The notes under the pieces: model-generated | Database searches by the model: none | Told to the model about the DNA's origin: nothing | What the model saw: the letters and a program-made list of their open reading frames with translations, nothing else | NCBI GenBank assembly: GCA_964623375.1 | Contig: CAZUTS010000004.1 | Coordinates: forward strand, 68,650 to 132,649 | Direction: 5' to 3' | Length of the DNA stretch: 64,000 nt | From: an uncultured Anaerolineaceae bacterium | GTDB taxonomy: Bacteria > Chloroflexota > Anaerolineae > Anaerolineales > UBA11579 | In this document: positions 40,077-48,800 of the stretch, piece by piece | Numbering within the stretch: position 1 is the first letter of the stretch | Layout of the letters: every line of letters starts with the position of its first letter | Program-made: the position numbers and the translations under genes

Positions 40077-40943
40077 TCAAATCTCTTTTCTCTGTGACAC
40101 AAACTCCACGTCTTGTCCTTTAAATCTCGCCTTCATTACATCTATCGCTTCCTTATTGCTGTCCACCAGCAAAAAGCGGCGGCCAAGCTCCAACGCAGCG
40201 GCGCCTGTAGTGCCGCTGCCGGCAAAGAAGTCCAGCACCAAGTCACCCGGGTTGGACGAGGCGGTGAGCACGCGGCGCAGGATGCCCAGTGGCTTTTGCG
40301 TAGGATAGCCGGTCTTCTCTTTACCTGTGGGGCTCACGATAGTGTGCCACCAGGTATCCGTGGGCAGCTTGCCGCGGGCGGCCTTGGCCTCCCCTGCTAA
40401 CGACGGGGCCATGTAAGGGATACGCTCGATATCCTCCACATTGAAGGTGTACTTCTTGTGATCCTTGGCGTAGAGCAGAATGTTGTCATGCTTGGCCGGC
40501 CAACGATTTTTAGCACGGCCACCGTAATCGTAGGCCCAGATAATCTCATTCAGAAAATTCTGGCGGCCAAAGATCTCGTCCAGCAGAATTTTGCAATAAT
40601 GCACTTCGCGGTAATCCACGTGAAAGTAGAAGCTGCCATCCGCGGCCAGCACGCGGTGCGCTTCACGCAGGCGCGGCTCCAGAAAGGCCATATAGTCACC
40701 GAAAGCATCCTGGAAGGCGCGGCTGCCCAGCACAGTGGTGCTGTAGCGCTGGCCGCCAAAGCCCACACGGTCACCATCGGCGCTGCGCTCAGTGCGCAAC
40801 TGCTTGCGCGCCTGCAGCTTGCCGGTGTTGAATGGGGGGTCAATGTAGATCAGGTTCACGCACGCGTCCGGCAAGCCGCGTAGCACGGCGAGGTTATCGC
40901 CGTGCACTACGCGGGCTTGAATGGCCGGCTTGCGAGCAGCCAT
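40077..40943 (-). CDS. Orphan beta-class DNA methyltransferase (probably N6-adenine; N4-cytosine not excluded)
   Basis: Motif IV IYIDPPFNTG precedes motif I VLDFFAGSGTTGAAA, which is the beta-class order. The start lies 2 nt after the tkt stop. Confidence 0.88.
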   Translation of the reverse strand: MAARKPAIQARVVHGDNLAVLRGLPDACVNLIYIDPPFNTGKLQARKQLRTERSADGDRVGFGGQRYSTTVLGSRAFQDAFGDYMAFLEPRLREAHRVLAADGSFYFHVDYREVHYCKILLDEIFGRQNFLNEIIWAYDYGGRAKNRWPAKHDNILLYAKDHKKYTFNVEDIERIPYMAPSLAGEAKAARGKLPTDTWWHTIVSPTGKEKTGYPTQKPLGILRRVLTASSNPGDLVLDFFAGSGTTGAAALELGRRFLLVDSNKEAIDVMKARFKGQDVEFVSQRKEI

Positions 40944-40945
40944 AG

Positions 40946-42970
40946 CTATCGTTTCTTGGATTTGGGTAACAGAGCACGGGCGTGCTTGAGCACATTGGCC
41001 GCGCTAAAGCCCAGCTTGCGCATGGCCTCATCGCCCGGCGCTGAGGCGCCAAAGCGCTCCAGGCTCACATGCGCGCTGGCCCACTGCTGCCAACCCTGTG
41101 CCACACCGGCTTCCACAGACAGGCGGGTTGTCACTTCCGGCGGCAGCACTTTGTCGCGGTAGCTCTTGGATTGCGCTGCGAACAGCTCCCAACTCGGGAA
41201 GGAGACTAGGCGCACGGTCACGCCGTCTTTGGCCAGCTTGCGGCCGGCCTCGACGATGAGCGGCACTTCGGAGCCAGACGCCATCAGAATAATGTCCGGC
41301 TTTTTCTTCTTGCCCCAATCGGCCAGTATGTAGGCACCCTTGTGCAGCCCCTTGGCAGCGGCAAACTCGCCGCTGCGGCTGCGATCCACCGTTGGCAGAT
41401 CCTGGCGTGAGAAGATGAGCGTGGTGGGGTGTTTGCGGTCGCGTACGGCGGCAATCCACGCCTCGCGCACTTCGTTAGCATCCGCAGGGCGAATGACGCG
41501 CATGTTGGGGATAGCACGCAACGCGGCCAGATGCTCGATGGGTTGGTGTGTGGGGCCATCTTCGCCCACGCCGATACTGTCATGCGTGAAGACCCAAATA
41601 CTGCCGTGCGGCGAGAGCGCCGAGAGGCGAATCGGGGCACGCATGTAGTCTGAGAACACCAGGAAAGTTGCGCCAAAGGGAATGATGCCCGGCGTGGTGC
41701 TGAGGCCATTGACCACTGCACCCATGGCATGCTCACGAATGCCGTAGTGAATGCTGCGGCCCTGTGGCGTGCTGGGCTGATAGTCTGGCGCCGAGTCAAT
41801 GAAGGTTTTGGTAGACGGATGCAGGTCCGCCGAGCCGCCCAGCAGATCAGGCACTACCGCGGCGATGGCGTTGATGACCTTACCGGAGGAAACGCGCGTG
41901 GCCATGCCTTTAGCATCGGCGGGGAATTCTGGCAGCGCGGTGTCCCAGCCTGCAGGCAACTCCCCGGCCAGAATGCGCGCCAAGTCTTTGTACTCCTCAG
42001 GATGGGCAGCCTTGTACGCGTCCAGCTTGGCCTGCCAGCTAGCCTTGTACTGCGCGCCCTGCTCCACTGCGCCGCGCAAATGCTCCAGCGCCTCCCCCGG
42101 GATCAGGAAGCGTGGCTCTTGCGGCCAGCCAAGGGCACGCTTGGCTGCGTCCAGCTCCTCGTTGCCGGGCGGCTCACCGTGCGCCTTGGCGGTGCCTTGG
42201 CGGTTGGGCATACCGAAGCCGATGATGGTCTTGACGCAAATAATAGAAGGGCGAGTATCTTCCTTGGCGGCAGTGAGGGCAGCATCCACGGCGGAAACAT
42301 CATTGCCGTCGGCCACGCGCAGCACGTGCCACCCATAGGACTCAAAGCGCAGCGCTACATCTTCGGTGAAGGTGAGATGCGTGCTGCCATCGATCGAGAT
42401 GTTGTTGTCGTCGTACAGGAAGATGAGCTTGCCCAGCTTCAAGTGGCCGGCCAGCGAAGCCGCCTCAGCGGTGATGCCTTCCATCAGATCACCGTCAGTA
42501 ACGATGGCGTAAGTGAAATAGTCGAACAGCTCATGGCCGGGGCGGTTGAAGCGTGCCGCCAAGTGCTGCTGGCCAATGGCGATACCTACCGCATTGGCAA
42601 AGCCCTGGCCTAGCGGTCCAGTGCTGATCTCTATGCCTGGAGTGATCCAGTACTCAGGGTGGCCCGGGGTCTTGCTCTCCCACTGGCGGAAGTTCTTGAT
42701 CTCCTCCAGCGTCAGCGGGTACCCCGTAAGGTGCAGCAGTGAGTATAGCAACATCGAGCCGTGCCCGCCAGAGAGGATAAAGCGGTCACGGTTGGCCCAG
42801 GCCGCATCCTTAGGATTGTGGCGCAAATGGCGCGTCCACAAAGCGTACGCCATGGCCGCCGCCCCCATGGGCAGGCCCGGGTGTCCTGAGTTGGCTTTCT
42901 GAATGGCATCAGCCGAGAGGAAGCGGATGGTATTGATGGCAAGTTGTTCGAGGTTTTTGGAGGTATCCAT
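40946..42970 (-). CDS. tkt: Transketolase
   Basis: ANSGHPG thiamine-diphosphate region and [16 protein letters not shown] motif. 674 aa. Confidence 0.95.
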   Translation of the reverse strand: MDTSKNLEQLAINTIRFLSADAIQKANSGHPGLPMGAAAMAYALWTRHLRHNPKDAAWANRDRFILSGGHGSMLLYSLLHLTGYPLTLEEIKNFRQWESKTPGHPEYWITPGIEISTGPLGQGFANAVGIAIGQQHLAARFNRPGHELFDYFTYAIVTDGDLMEGITAEAASLAGHLKLGKLIFLYDDNNISIDGSTHLTFTEDVALRFESYGWHVLRVADGNDVSAVDAALTAAKEDTRPSIICVKTIIGFGMPNRQGTAKAHGEPPGNEELDAAKRALGWPQEPRFLIPGEALEHLRGAVEQGAQYKASWQAKLDAYKAAHPEEYKDLARILAGELPAGWDTALPEFPADAKGMATRVSSGKVINAIAAVVPDLLGGSADLHPSTKTFIDSAPDYQPSTPQGRSIHYGIREHAMGAVVNGLSTTPGIIPFGATFLVFSDYMRAPIRLSALSPHGSIWVFTHDSIGVGEDGPTHQPIEHLAALRAIPNMRVIRPADANEVREAWIAAVRDRKHPTTLIFSRQDLPTVDRSRSGEFAAAKGLHKGAYILADWGKKKKPDIILMASGSEVPLIVEAGRKLAKDGVTVRLVSFPSWELFAAQSKSYRDKVLPPEVTTRLSVEAGVAQGWQQWASAHVSLERFGASAPGDEAMRKLGFSAANVLKHARALLPKSKKR

Positions 42971-43057
42971 GATTTAAAGCGATTCTACTCCACCTACCTA
43001 ACATAAGCTATACCAGGGTGAGAAAATTCAGGCACAGCTATAGTAATATTGCAAGCA

Positions 43058-43852
43058 ATGGCACGCGAAGACAAAACTCTCTTTCCCGTTTTTGGCGAAT
43101 GGCGCGGCACGCGTGAAACGCTGCACGCCTATTGCAAAGTGGTAAGCGCCATCCGCGCCGCGTTCACGCCTGAGCAGCCGCGCCACGGCCACCTGAGCCT
43201 GCGCGTGTATACCTCCGGCCTCACCACTACGCCCATCTCCTTCCCCGAGGACCCGGCGCAGACCTTTGCGCTGAGCCTGGATCTGCGCAACCACTACCTG
43301 ATCCTGAGCACCAGTGGCGGCCAGGTACAGCAGATCCGTCTGAGTGAAGGTTTGAGCGGCACGCAGCTGGGCAATGAGTTGGTGGCGCGCCTGGCCGAGC
43401 TGGGTGTGCAAGGCAAAGTACCTGCCAAGAGCTATCACAGCGATGCCAAACGCGACTACGCGCTGGATGATGCGGAGCGCTTCTTCGCCGCCATCACGCG
43501 CGCCAACCAGGTATTTGAGCAGGCGCGTAAAGCGATCGGCCAGAGCTCTGATGCAGTGCAGCTGTGGCCGCGCCAGTTCGACCTGGCGTTCACTGCGCCA
43601 GCCGCAGACGAAGACAAGGGCATTACCCTGGGCTTCACTACCCAGCCGGGCAATGAGTACTTTTATGTCAGCCCGCAACCCTTTGACAACGCGCTCACCC
43701 AACGCGAGCTGCCCGCTGGCGCACGCTGGAACACGGAAGGCTGGAAGGGTGCCATGCTGCCCTACAGCGAGGTGGCTGGCCATGCGGATGGCGCCGAGCG
43801 CCTGCTGGCCTTCCTGCTGGCCGCATACAAACTGCAGCTCCCCACCCTCTAA
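43058..43852 (+). CDS. Hypothetical protein (possibly DUF5996-like, unverified)
   Basis: Protein-like composition, whereas the antisense ORF 43028-43783 is Arg/Ala/Gly-rich junk. ATG 43058; the track start is TTG 43049. Confidence 0.6.
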   Translation: MAREDKTLFPVFGEWRGTRETLHAYCKVVSAIRAAFTPEQPRHGHLSLRVYTSGLTTTPISFPEDPAQTFALSLDLRNHYLILSTSGGQVQQIRLSEGLSGTQLGNELVARLAELGVQGKVPAKSYHSDAKRDYALDDAERFFAAITRANQVFEQARKAIGQSSDAVQLWPRQFDLAFTAPAADEDKGITLGFTTQPGNEYFYVSPQPFDNALTQRELPAGARWNTEGWKGAMLPYSEVAGHADGAERLLAFLLAAYKLQLPTL

Positions 43853-43857
43853 CTCAC

Positions 43858-44550
43858 ATGCAGCAGATCATTGCTGTTGGCTCCGGGTACCGCGCCATCG
43901 GTCGCCGTGGCCGCGCCCTGGAACGCTACCTGCTGGCTGCCACCGGCGCGCGCCACCCGCGCGTGTGTTTTCTGCCCACGGCGGCGGGCGACCTGCCCCA
44001 ACATATTCGCCGCGTCACGCGCATCTTCAACGAGCTCGGTGCGCGCAGCTCTCACCTCACCTTGATCGAACCCAATACTGCACACGTGGCCAAGTTGCTG
44101 CTGGCCCAGGACCTGATCTGGGTTGGTGGCGGCAACACGCGCAACATGCTGGCCTTGTGGCACGCCTGGGGCGTGGATGCTGCGCTGCACAAGGCGTGCA
44201 CACGCGGCACGCTACTGGCGGGCGGCAGTGCTGGCGGCATCTGCTGGTTTGAGCAAGGCATTACCGACTCGGTGCCGGGCAAACTGCTGCCGATGGATTG
44301 TTTGGGCTGGCTGCGCGGTTCATGCTGCCCTCACTACGACAGCCAACCCGCGCGCCGCCCGGTTTACCGCAAGTTGATTGCCGCGGGCACGGTGAAGCCC
44401 GGGCTGGCACTGGATGATTTTGGCGCGGCGCATTACATTGACGGCAAGCTGCATGCTGCGCTAGCCTTCGGGCGCGGCGCGCGTGTGCAACAGATGCGCT
44501 TGCACGATGGCCGCGTCAGCGAAGAGCCGCTGGATGTGATCGCGCAATAA
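43858..44550 (+). CDS. Peptidase S51 (dipeptidase E-like) / class I glutamine amidotransferase-like protein
   Basis: GGGNTRNML and nucleophile-elbow GGSAGG motifs. Confidence 0.8.
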   Translation: MQQIIAVGSGYRAIGRRGRALERYLLAATGARHPRVCFLPTAAGDLPQHIRRVTRIFNELGARSSHLTLIEPNTAHVAKLLLAQDLIWVGGGNTRNMLALWHAWGVDAALHKACTRGTLLAGGSAGGICWFEQGITDSVPGKLLPMDCLGWLRGSCCPHYDSQPARRPVYRKLIAAGTVKPGLALDDFGAAHYIDGKLHAALAFGRGARVQQMRLHDGRVSEEPLDVIAQ

Positions 44551-44577
44551 AAAAGCCCGCCGATTGGCGGGCTTTTT
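44549..44577. terminator. Bidirectional intrinsic terminator
   Basis: AAAAAAGCCCGCC-gatt-GGCGGGCTTTTT between convergent genes. Confidence 0.85.
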
Positions 44578-44593
44578 GCTTTGAGTATTCGCT

Positions 44594-45220
44594 TTACTTC
44601 TTCTCGGTGTCACCAGCCGCGGCTTCTTCACCTTGGCCGCCCTCTCGAGTGCCTTCACTGTCAGCCACCGGAGCGGTAGCCACCACCAGCAGCTCATCCG
44701 TGTCACTGATGACGGTGACGTTGGCGGGCACCACCAGGTCACGCACGAAGATGCCATCACCAAAGTTCTCGAGTGAGGATACATCTACGACAAAGTTGTC
44801 AGGCAGGTCCTGCGGCAGGGCTTCCACTTCCACGTATTCCAAACCATTCACGAGCAAACCGCCCAGGTTAGAGATGACCGGCGCCTTGCCTTCCAGCACC
44901 ACGCGCACTTCAGCACGCACGGTCTCGGTGAGTGACACCGCCAGAAAATCTACATGGGTGAGTTCGCGCAGGATGGCGTCAATCTGAAAATCACGCACCA
45001 GGGCGTTGTGCTCCTGGCCGTCCAAATCGATCTGAACCAACGTGGAGTAGTTAATGCGTTTGAAGAGTTTCGAGGTCTCGCCGCGGTCCAGCGTAAGTGC
45101 AATCGGCTTTTCTACCTGGCGGCCGTACAACACGGCAGGCAGCTTGCCTTCGCGGCGCAGGTTGCTTACCTTCTTGCCGACCACATCACGGCGAGAAGCC
45201 TTCAAAGATACACGTGCCAT
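44594..45220 (-). CDS. rplY: 50S ribosomal protein L25 / general stress protein Ctc (long form)
   Basis: RREGKLPAVLYG N-terminal motif and an acidic C-terminal extension. Confidence 0.9.
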   Translation of the reverse strand: MARVSLKASRRDVVGKKVSNLRREGKLPAVLYGRQVEKPIALTLDRGETSKLFKRINYSTLVQIDLDGQEHNALVRDFQIDAILRELTHVDFLAVSLTETVRAEVRVVLEGKAPVISNLGGLLVNGLEYVEVEALPQDLPDNFVVDVSSLENFGDGIFVRDLVVPANVTVISDTDELLVVATAPVADSEGTREGGQGEEAAAGDTEKK

Positions 45221-45317
45221 CTATTCCATCCTTGGGATGCCTCTCACCCGCCCGGAGGCCAAGCGGCGCAGCCGCTAGCCGAGGGCAGATTACCAATCAT
45301 CCCGCTAGATTCATCCC

Positions 45318-45345
45318 GCAAAAAACGTCTCCGCAGGGAGACGTT
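45318..45345 (-). terminator. Intrinsic terminator / attenuator inside the rplY(ctc) leader
   Basis: The minus strand reads AACGTCTCC-ctgc-GGAGACGTT followed by TTTTTTG. It lies about 100 nt upstream of the ctc start and about 26 nt downstream of the predicted TSS. Confidence 0.55.
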
Positions 45346-45377
45346 CAGCCGCAGCGCAGCTCTCGGAATGTTGGCTG

Positions 45378-45406
45378 ATTTTAGCCCATCCCGCCCTGCC
45401 CGTCAA
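45378..45406 (-). promoter_or_regulatory. Sigma-70-type promoter (TTGACG-17 nt-TAAAAT) driving the rplY leader
   Basis: On the minus strand, -35 TTGACG (45406-45401), an exact 17-nt spacer, -10 TAAAAT (45383-45378). Confidence 0.55.
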
Positions 45407-45478
45407 ACCCAGCCCTCAAAATAGGCACACTTCTTGCAACAAGGGGTTCACTTTGGTCTTTTACTTTCGGAGGAAGAC

Positions 45479-45808
45479 ATGTACGTACTGAACCAATCTG
45501 ACACCATGCTGTTGATGGCCGCCGCCCTGTTCATGTTTGGCATGTGCAGCCTGGCGATGGGCCTGTTTGTGCTTGTCACGCGCACACACAGCAAGGACGT
45601 CAAAAAGCTGAGCGCCAACGCGGCGCAGCTGGTGCAAAAGGGCATTGCTGAGGATGTGGCTCAACTGGTCACCGGGGCCACGGCACTGCTGGACGGTGTG
45701 CAGCAACTGGTCAAGACCGCTACGGGCGTAGGCATCTTCATGGCCTCGCTGGGTCTGGCGCTGATGGCCGGTGGTTTTTGGATCGTGTTGCAAACCAACT
45801 GGTCCTAA
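45479..45808 (+). CDS. Small membrane protein (N- and C-terminal TM helices, helical loop)
   Basis: GGAGGA SD 4 nt upstream of ATG 45479. 109 aa. Ends 24 nt upstream of the giant TPR gene. Confidence 0.65.
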   Translation: MYVLNQSDTMLLMAAALFMFGMCSLAMGLFVLVTRTHSKDVKKLSANAAQLVQKGIAEDVAQLVTGATALLDGVQQLVKTATGVGIFMASLGLALMAGGFWIVLQTNWS

Positions 45809-45832
45809 TTTTTTTACAACGAAAGAGTAGTT

Positions 45833-48800
45833 ATGAGCTCCTTTATCGCAGACCTCAAAAACAGCCTGCCACAAAACGAATGGCCGCTGGTCGTGGCCGC
45901 CTTGCGCAACGAGCCCACCCTGTGGGCTGAGTTGCAAGAGGCGGCGTTTGCCAGCCTGGCGCTGAAAACCGCGGGCAGCCAACGCAGCGCATGGTCACCG
46001 GCCTTTCTGGGGCTGGTGCGCCTGGGCCAGCAAGGTCTGTTTGAGGAACTGCGTGCGGAGCTCAACGAGACACCGGAGAAACTGCGCTACCAGGCCGCCA
46101 GCGCCTATGAGCTGGTGGCCACGCAAGGCGCGTCTGCCGTGAATTTGGAGCAAGCCACGCTGCTGGCGCTGGCCCTGCGTGAGCGCCGCCGCGTGCTGGG
46201 CAACTGGGAGCAGCTGGCCCAGGACCTGAGCGTGGCGCCCGCCTCATTTTGGAAGCTCACCCTGAGCGTGCTGTTTGGCTTGCTGCCGCAGCCCGGCGAA
46301 TTGTTGGCGGCGCTGTTGGCGCCCAGCCAGGACAACGAGCTGCACAAGCAGGGCCTGCACGCGCTGGTCAGCAACCCGCTCACCCTCGACGAGCAGAACG
46401 CTTTGCTGATGCACGTTTTGGAAGCTGCGCCGCTGGCGCAGTTCCTGGCCGTGTTGCGTCAACTGGCGCACATGCATTTGCCGCTGGCACAACTGGCCGG
46501 CGGCCACGCTCTGCAGAAGCTCGAAGAGAGCACGGCAGCTGACGGCGACATGAACCAGATTGAGCGCTTGCTGCTGCAAGCTGAGATTCGCCAACTGAGC
46601 GGCCAGCACGATGCCGCAACTCCTTTGCTGCAGAGCGCCTGGAACGCCGCACAGCGCATTCAGGCCGAATTAGCTGGCAAGCTGGCCGAGAACGCCGCCG
46701 TCAACACGGATGCGAACTTCACGGGTTTCGCTGAGCCGCTGGCCGGCGCCAAAAGTGGCAGCAACCGCCACCCCGCTGCATTGATCGCCGCGGCACGCGT
46801 GGCGCTCAAGAGCAATCAGGCTGACGAAGCCCAGCGCATGGCTGCGGCCGCCCTGGCCGCGGCGCAAGACAGCCCGGTCAGTGAGAATGCCACGCTGATG
46901 CGCCAACTGGGCGAGATCTTCGTCGAGCTCAAGCTCGGCGAAGCCGCACGCCAGGCCGCTGAGCTAGCCGTGCAGCACGCCCCCAACGACGCTGAGAGTG
47001 CCGCCTTCCTGGCGCGTGTATTGGCCATGGGCAATGACCCCGAGCGCGCCTTGCAGGCCGCCCACCTGGCCGCCGCGCTGGCCCCCCAACGTGTGGACCT
47101 GCGCCGCTTGCTGGCCAAAGCATTGCAAGACAACCAGCAAGGCGCCGCCGCCTATAGCGAATGGAAGGCAGTGCTGGCGCAGGATGAGCAACCCACCCTC
47201 GAAGATATTTTCGGTCTGGCGCAAGCCGCCCTGGATGCAGACGAGATCAGTGAGTGCTTACAGGCCTGCCAGCGTGTGCTGGCCGTGCAGGTGACGCACG
47301 GCGGCGCACATGCGCTGATGGGCAAAGCCTTGGTCGCCCAGGGTGACGCCAACAGCGCTATGGAGCATTTGCGCCGCGCCACCGAACTGGCCCCGGCGCA
47401 ACACGAGGCGTGGATTGCGCTGGCCGAGTTGCTGCGCGACAGTGGCGACCTGCAAGCGGCCCGCGATACGCTGTTCAACGCCCAGCAGTTTGCCAAGCCG
47501 AGCGTTGAGTTGCAGTATCTGCTAGGCGATATCTATTTGGCGCTGGAAGAGAAGGAGGCTGCCCTGCACGCCTTCACCCGCGCAACGGAATTATTGGCTG
47601 AGCTGCCCAGCCATCCGCTGTCACAGCCCTTAGCCCTGCACTTGGGTACGCTACAACGCAGCCTGGGCCAAGCCAACCAGGCACGTCACACGCTGGAGCG
47701 CGCCGCCCAGCAATTCGCGGGCAATGCCGCCATCCAGCACCAACTGGGCCAGCTGCTCTTGGACGTGGGCGAAGCCGATGAAGCGCTGGCCGCCCTTAGC
47801 ACCGCATTGCAATCCGAGCCGGACAATAGCGCCGCCCTGCTGGATATGGCACAGGCGCAGTTGCTGACCGCCGCGGCAGCGGATGCCGAAGGCACGCTGC
47901 GTGCCGCCCTGCAGCACGGCGGCGCTTCGCCGCGGGCCACCGCCCTGCTGGCCGAAGCGCTGGCAGCGCAGAGCAAATTTGCCGAGGCCGTTCACGAATA
48001 TGAAGCCGCCTTGCGCTCTGAGTTGGCGCAAGATGCTACCTGGCACAAACGCTTAACTTTAGGCAAAGCGCTGGCGCTGGCCAAGCAAGGTGCACACGAG
48101 GAGGCCCTGAGCATCCTCGAAGCACTGGATGCTAGCGCTCCTGGCGACCCCGACACGCTGCACGCACTGTGCATGGCTTACAACCAGGCCGGGCGCAGCG
48201 AGGAAGCGTTCCAGATCGCCAGTAAGGTCTACATGACCGGCACCAAAGACGAAGAAGCCGTGCTGTGGTTTGCCGAGCAGGCCGAGTCGCTGGGCAAAGC
48301 CAGCGAAGCGCGCCACGCGTTGCAGAAGGGCATCAGCGAGCATGGCTCAGCCGCCCAGATTTTGCGCCTGGCTGAGTTGGAATGGAAAGACGGCGCGCAC
48401 GAGAAGGCGGTAGACACGCTGGCGGCCCTGCTGCGCAGCGTCAATAGCCATGCACTCGCCAAAGCCGGTCGCTTCTTGCTGGAGCACGGCGCTGCCGCCA
48501 CCAGCGTGTCTTATTTCAAGCGCGCCATCGAGCTCGAATCACAACCCGCCCTACTGGATGTCCTCACCGAAGCCTATGAGCACAGCCAGCAATGGAACGA
48601 AGCCCTCGCCACGCTAGACAAGAGCCTGGCCAACGAGCCCGGCCAGGCCAGCTTGCTGGCGCGCAAAGCGCGCATCCTGCAGGCCGCCGGCCGCCCGCAA
48701 GCCGCGCTGGAAGCGCTGGAGCAGGCCATCGAACGTATGCCCGACGATCTGGGCTTGCTGGCCAACAAGGCCCGCTTGCTGCGTGCTGCTGGCGAATGGG

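Noticed and set aside
40000-43057. A restriction endonuclease partner for the DNA methyltransferase.
   Set aside because: The flanking genes are unambiguous tal and tkt. No additional ORF with protein-like composition fits in the 77-nt and 2-nt gaps.
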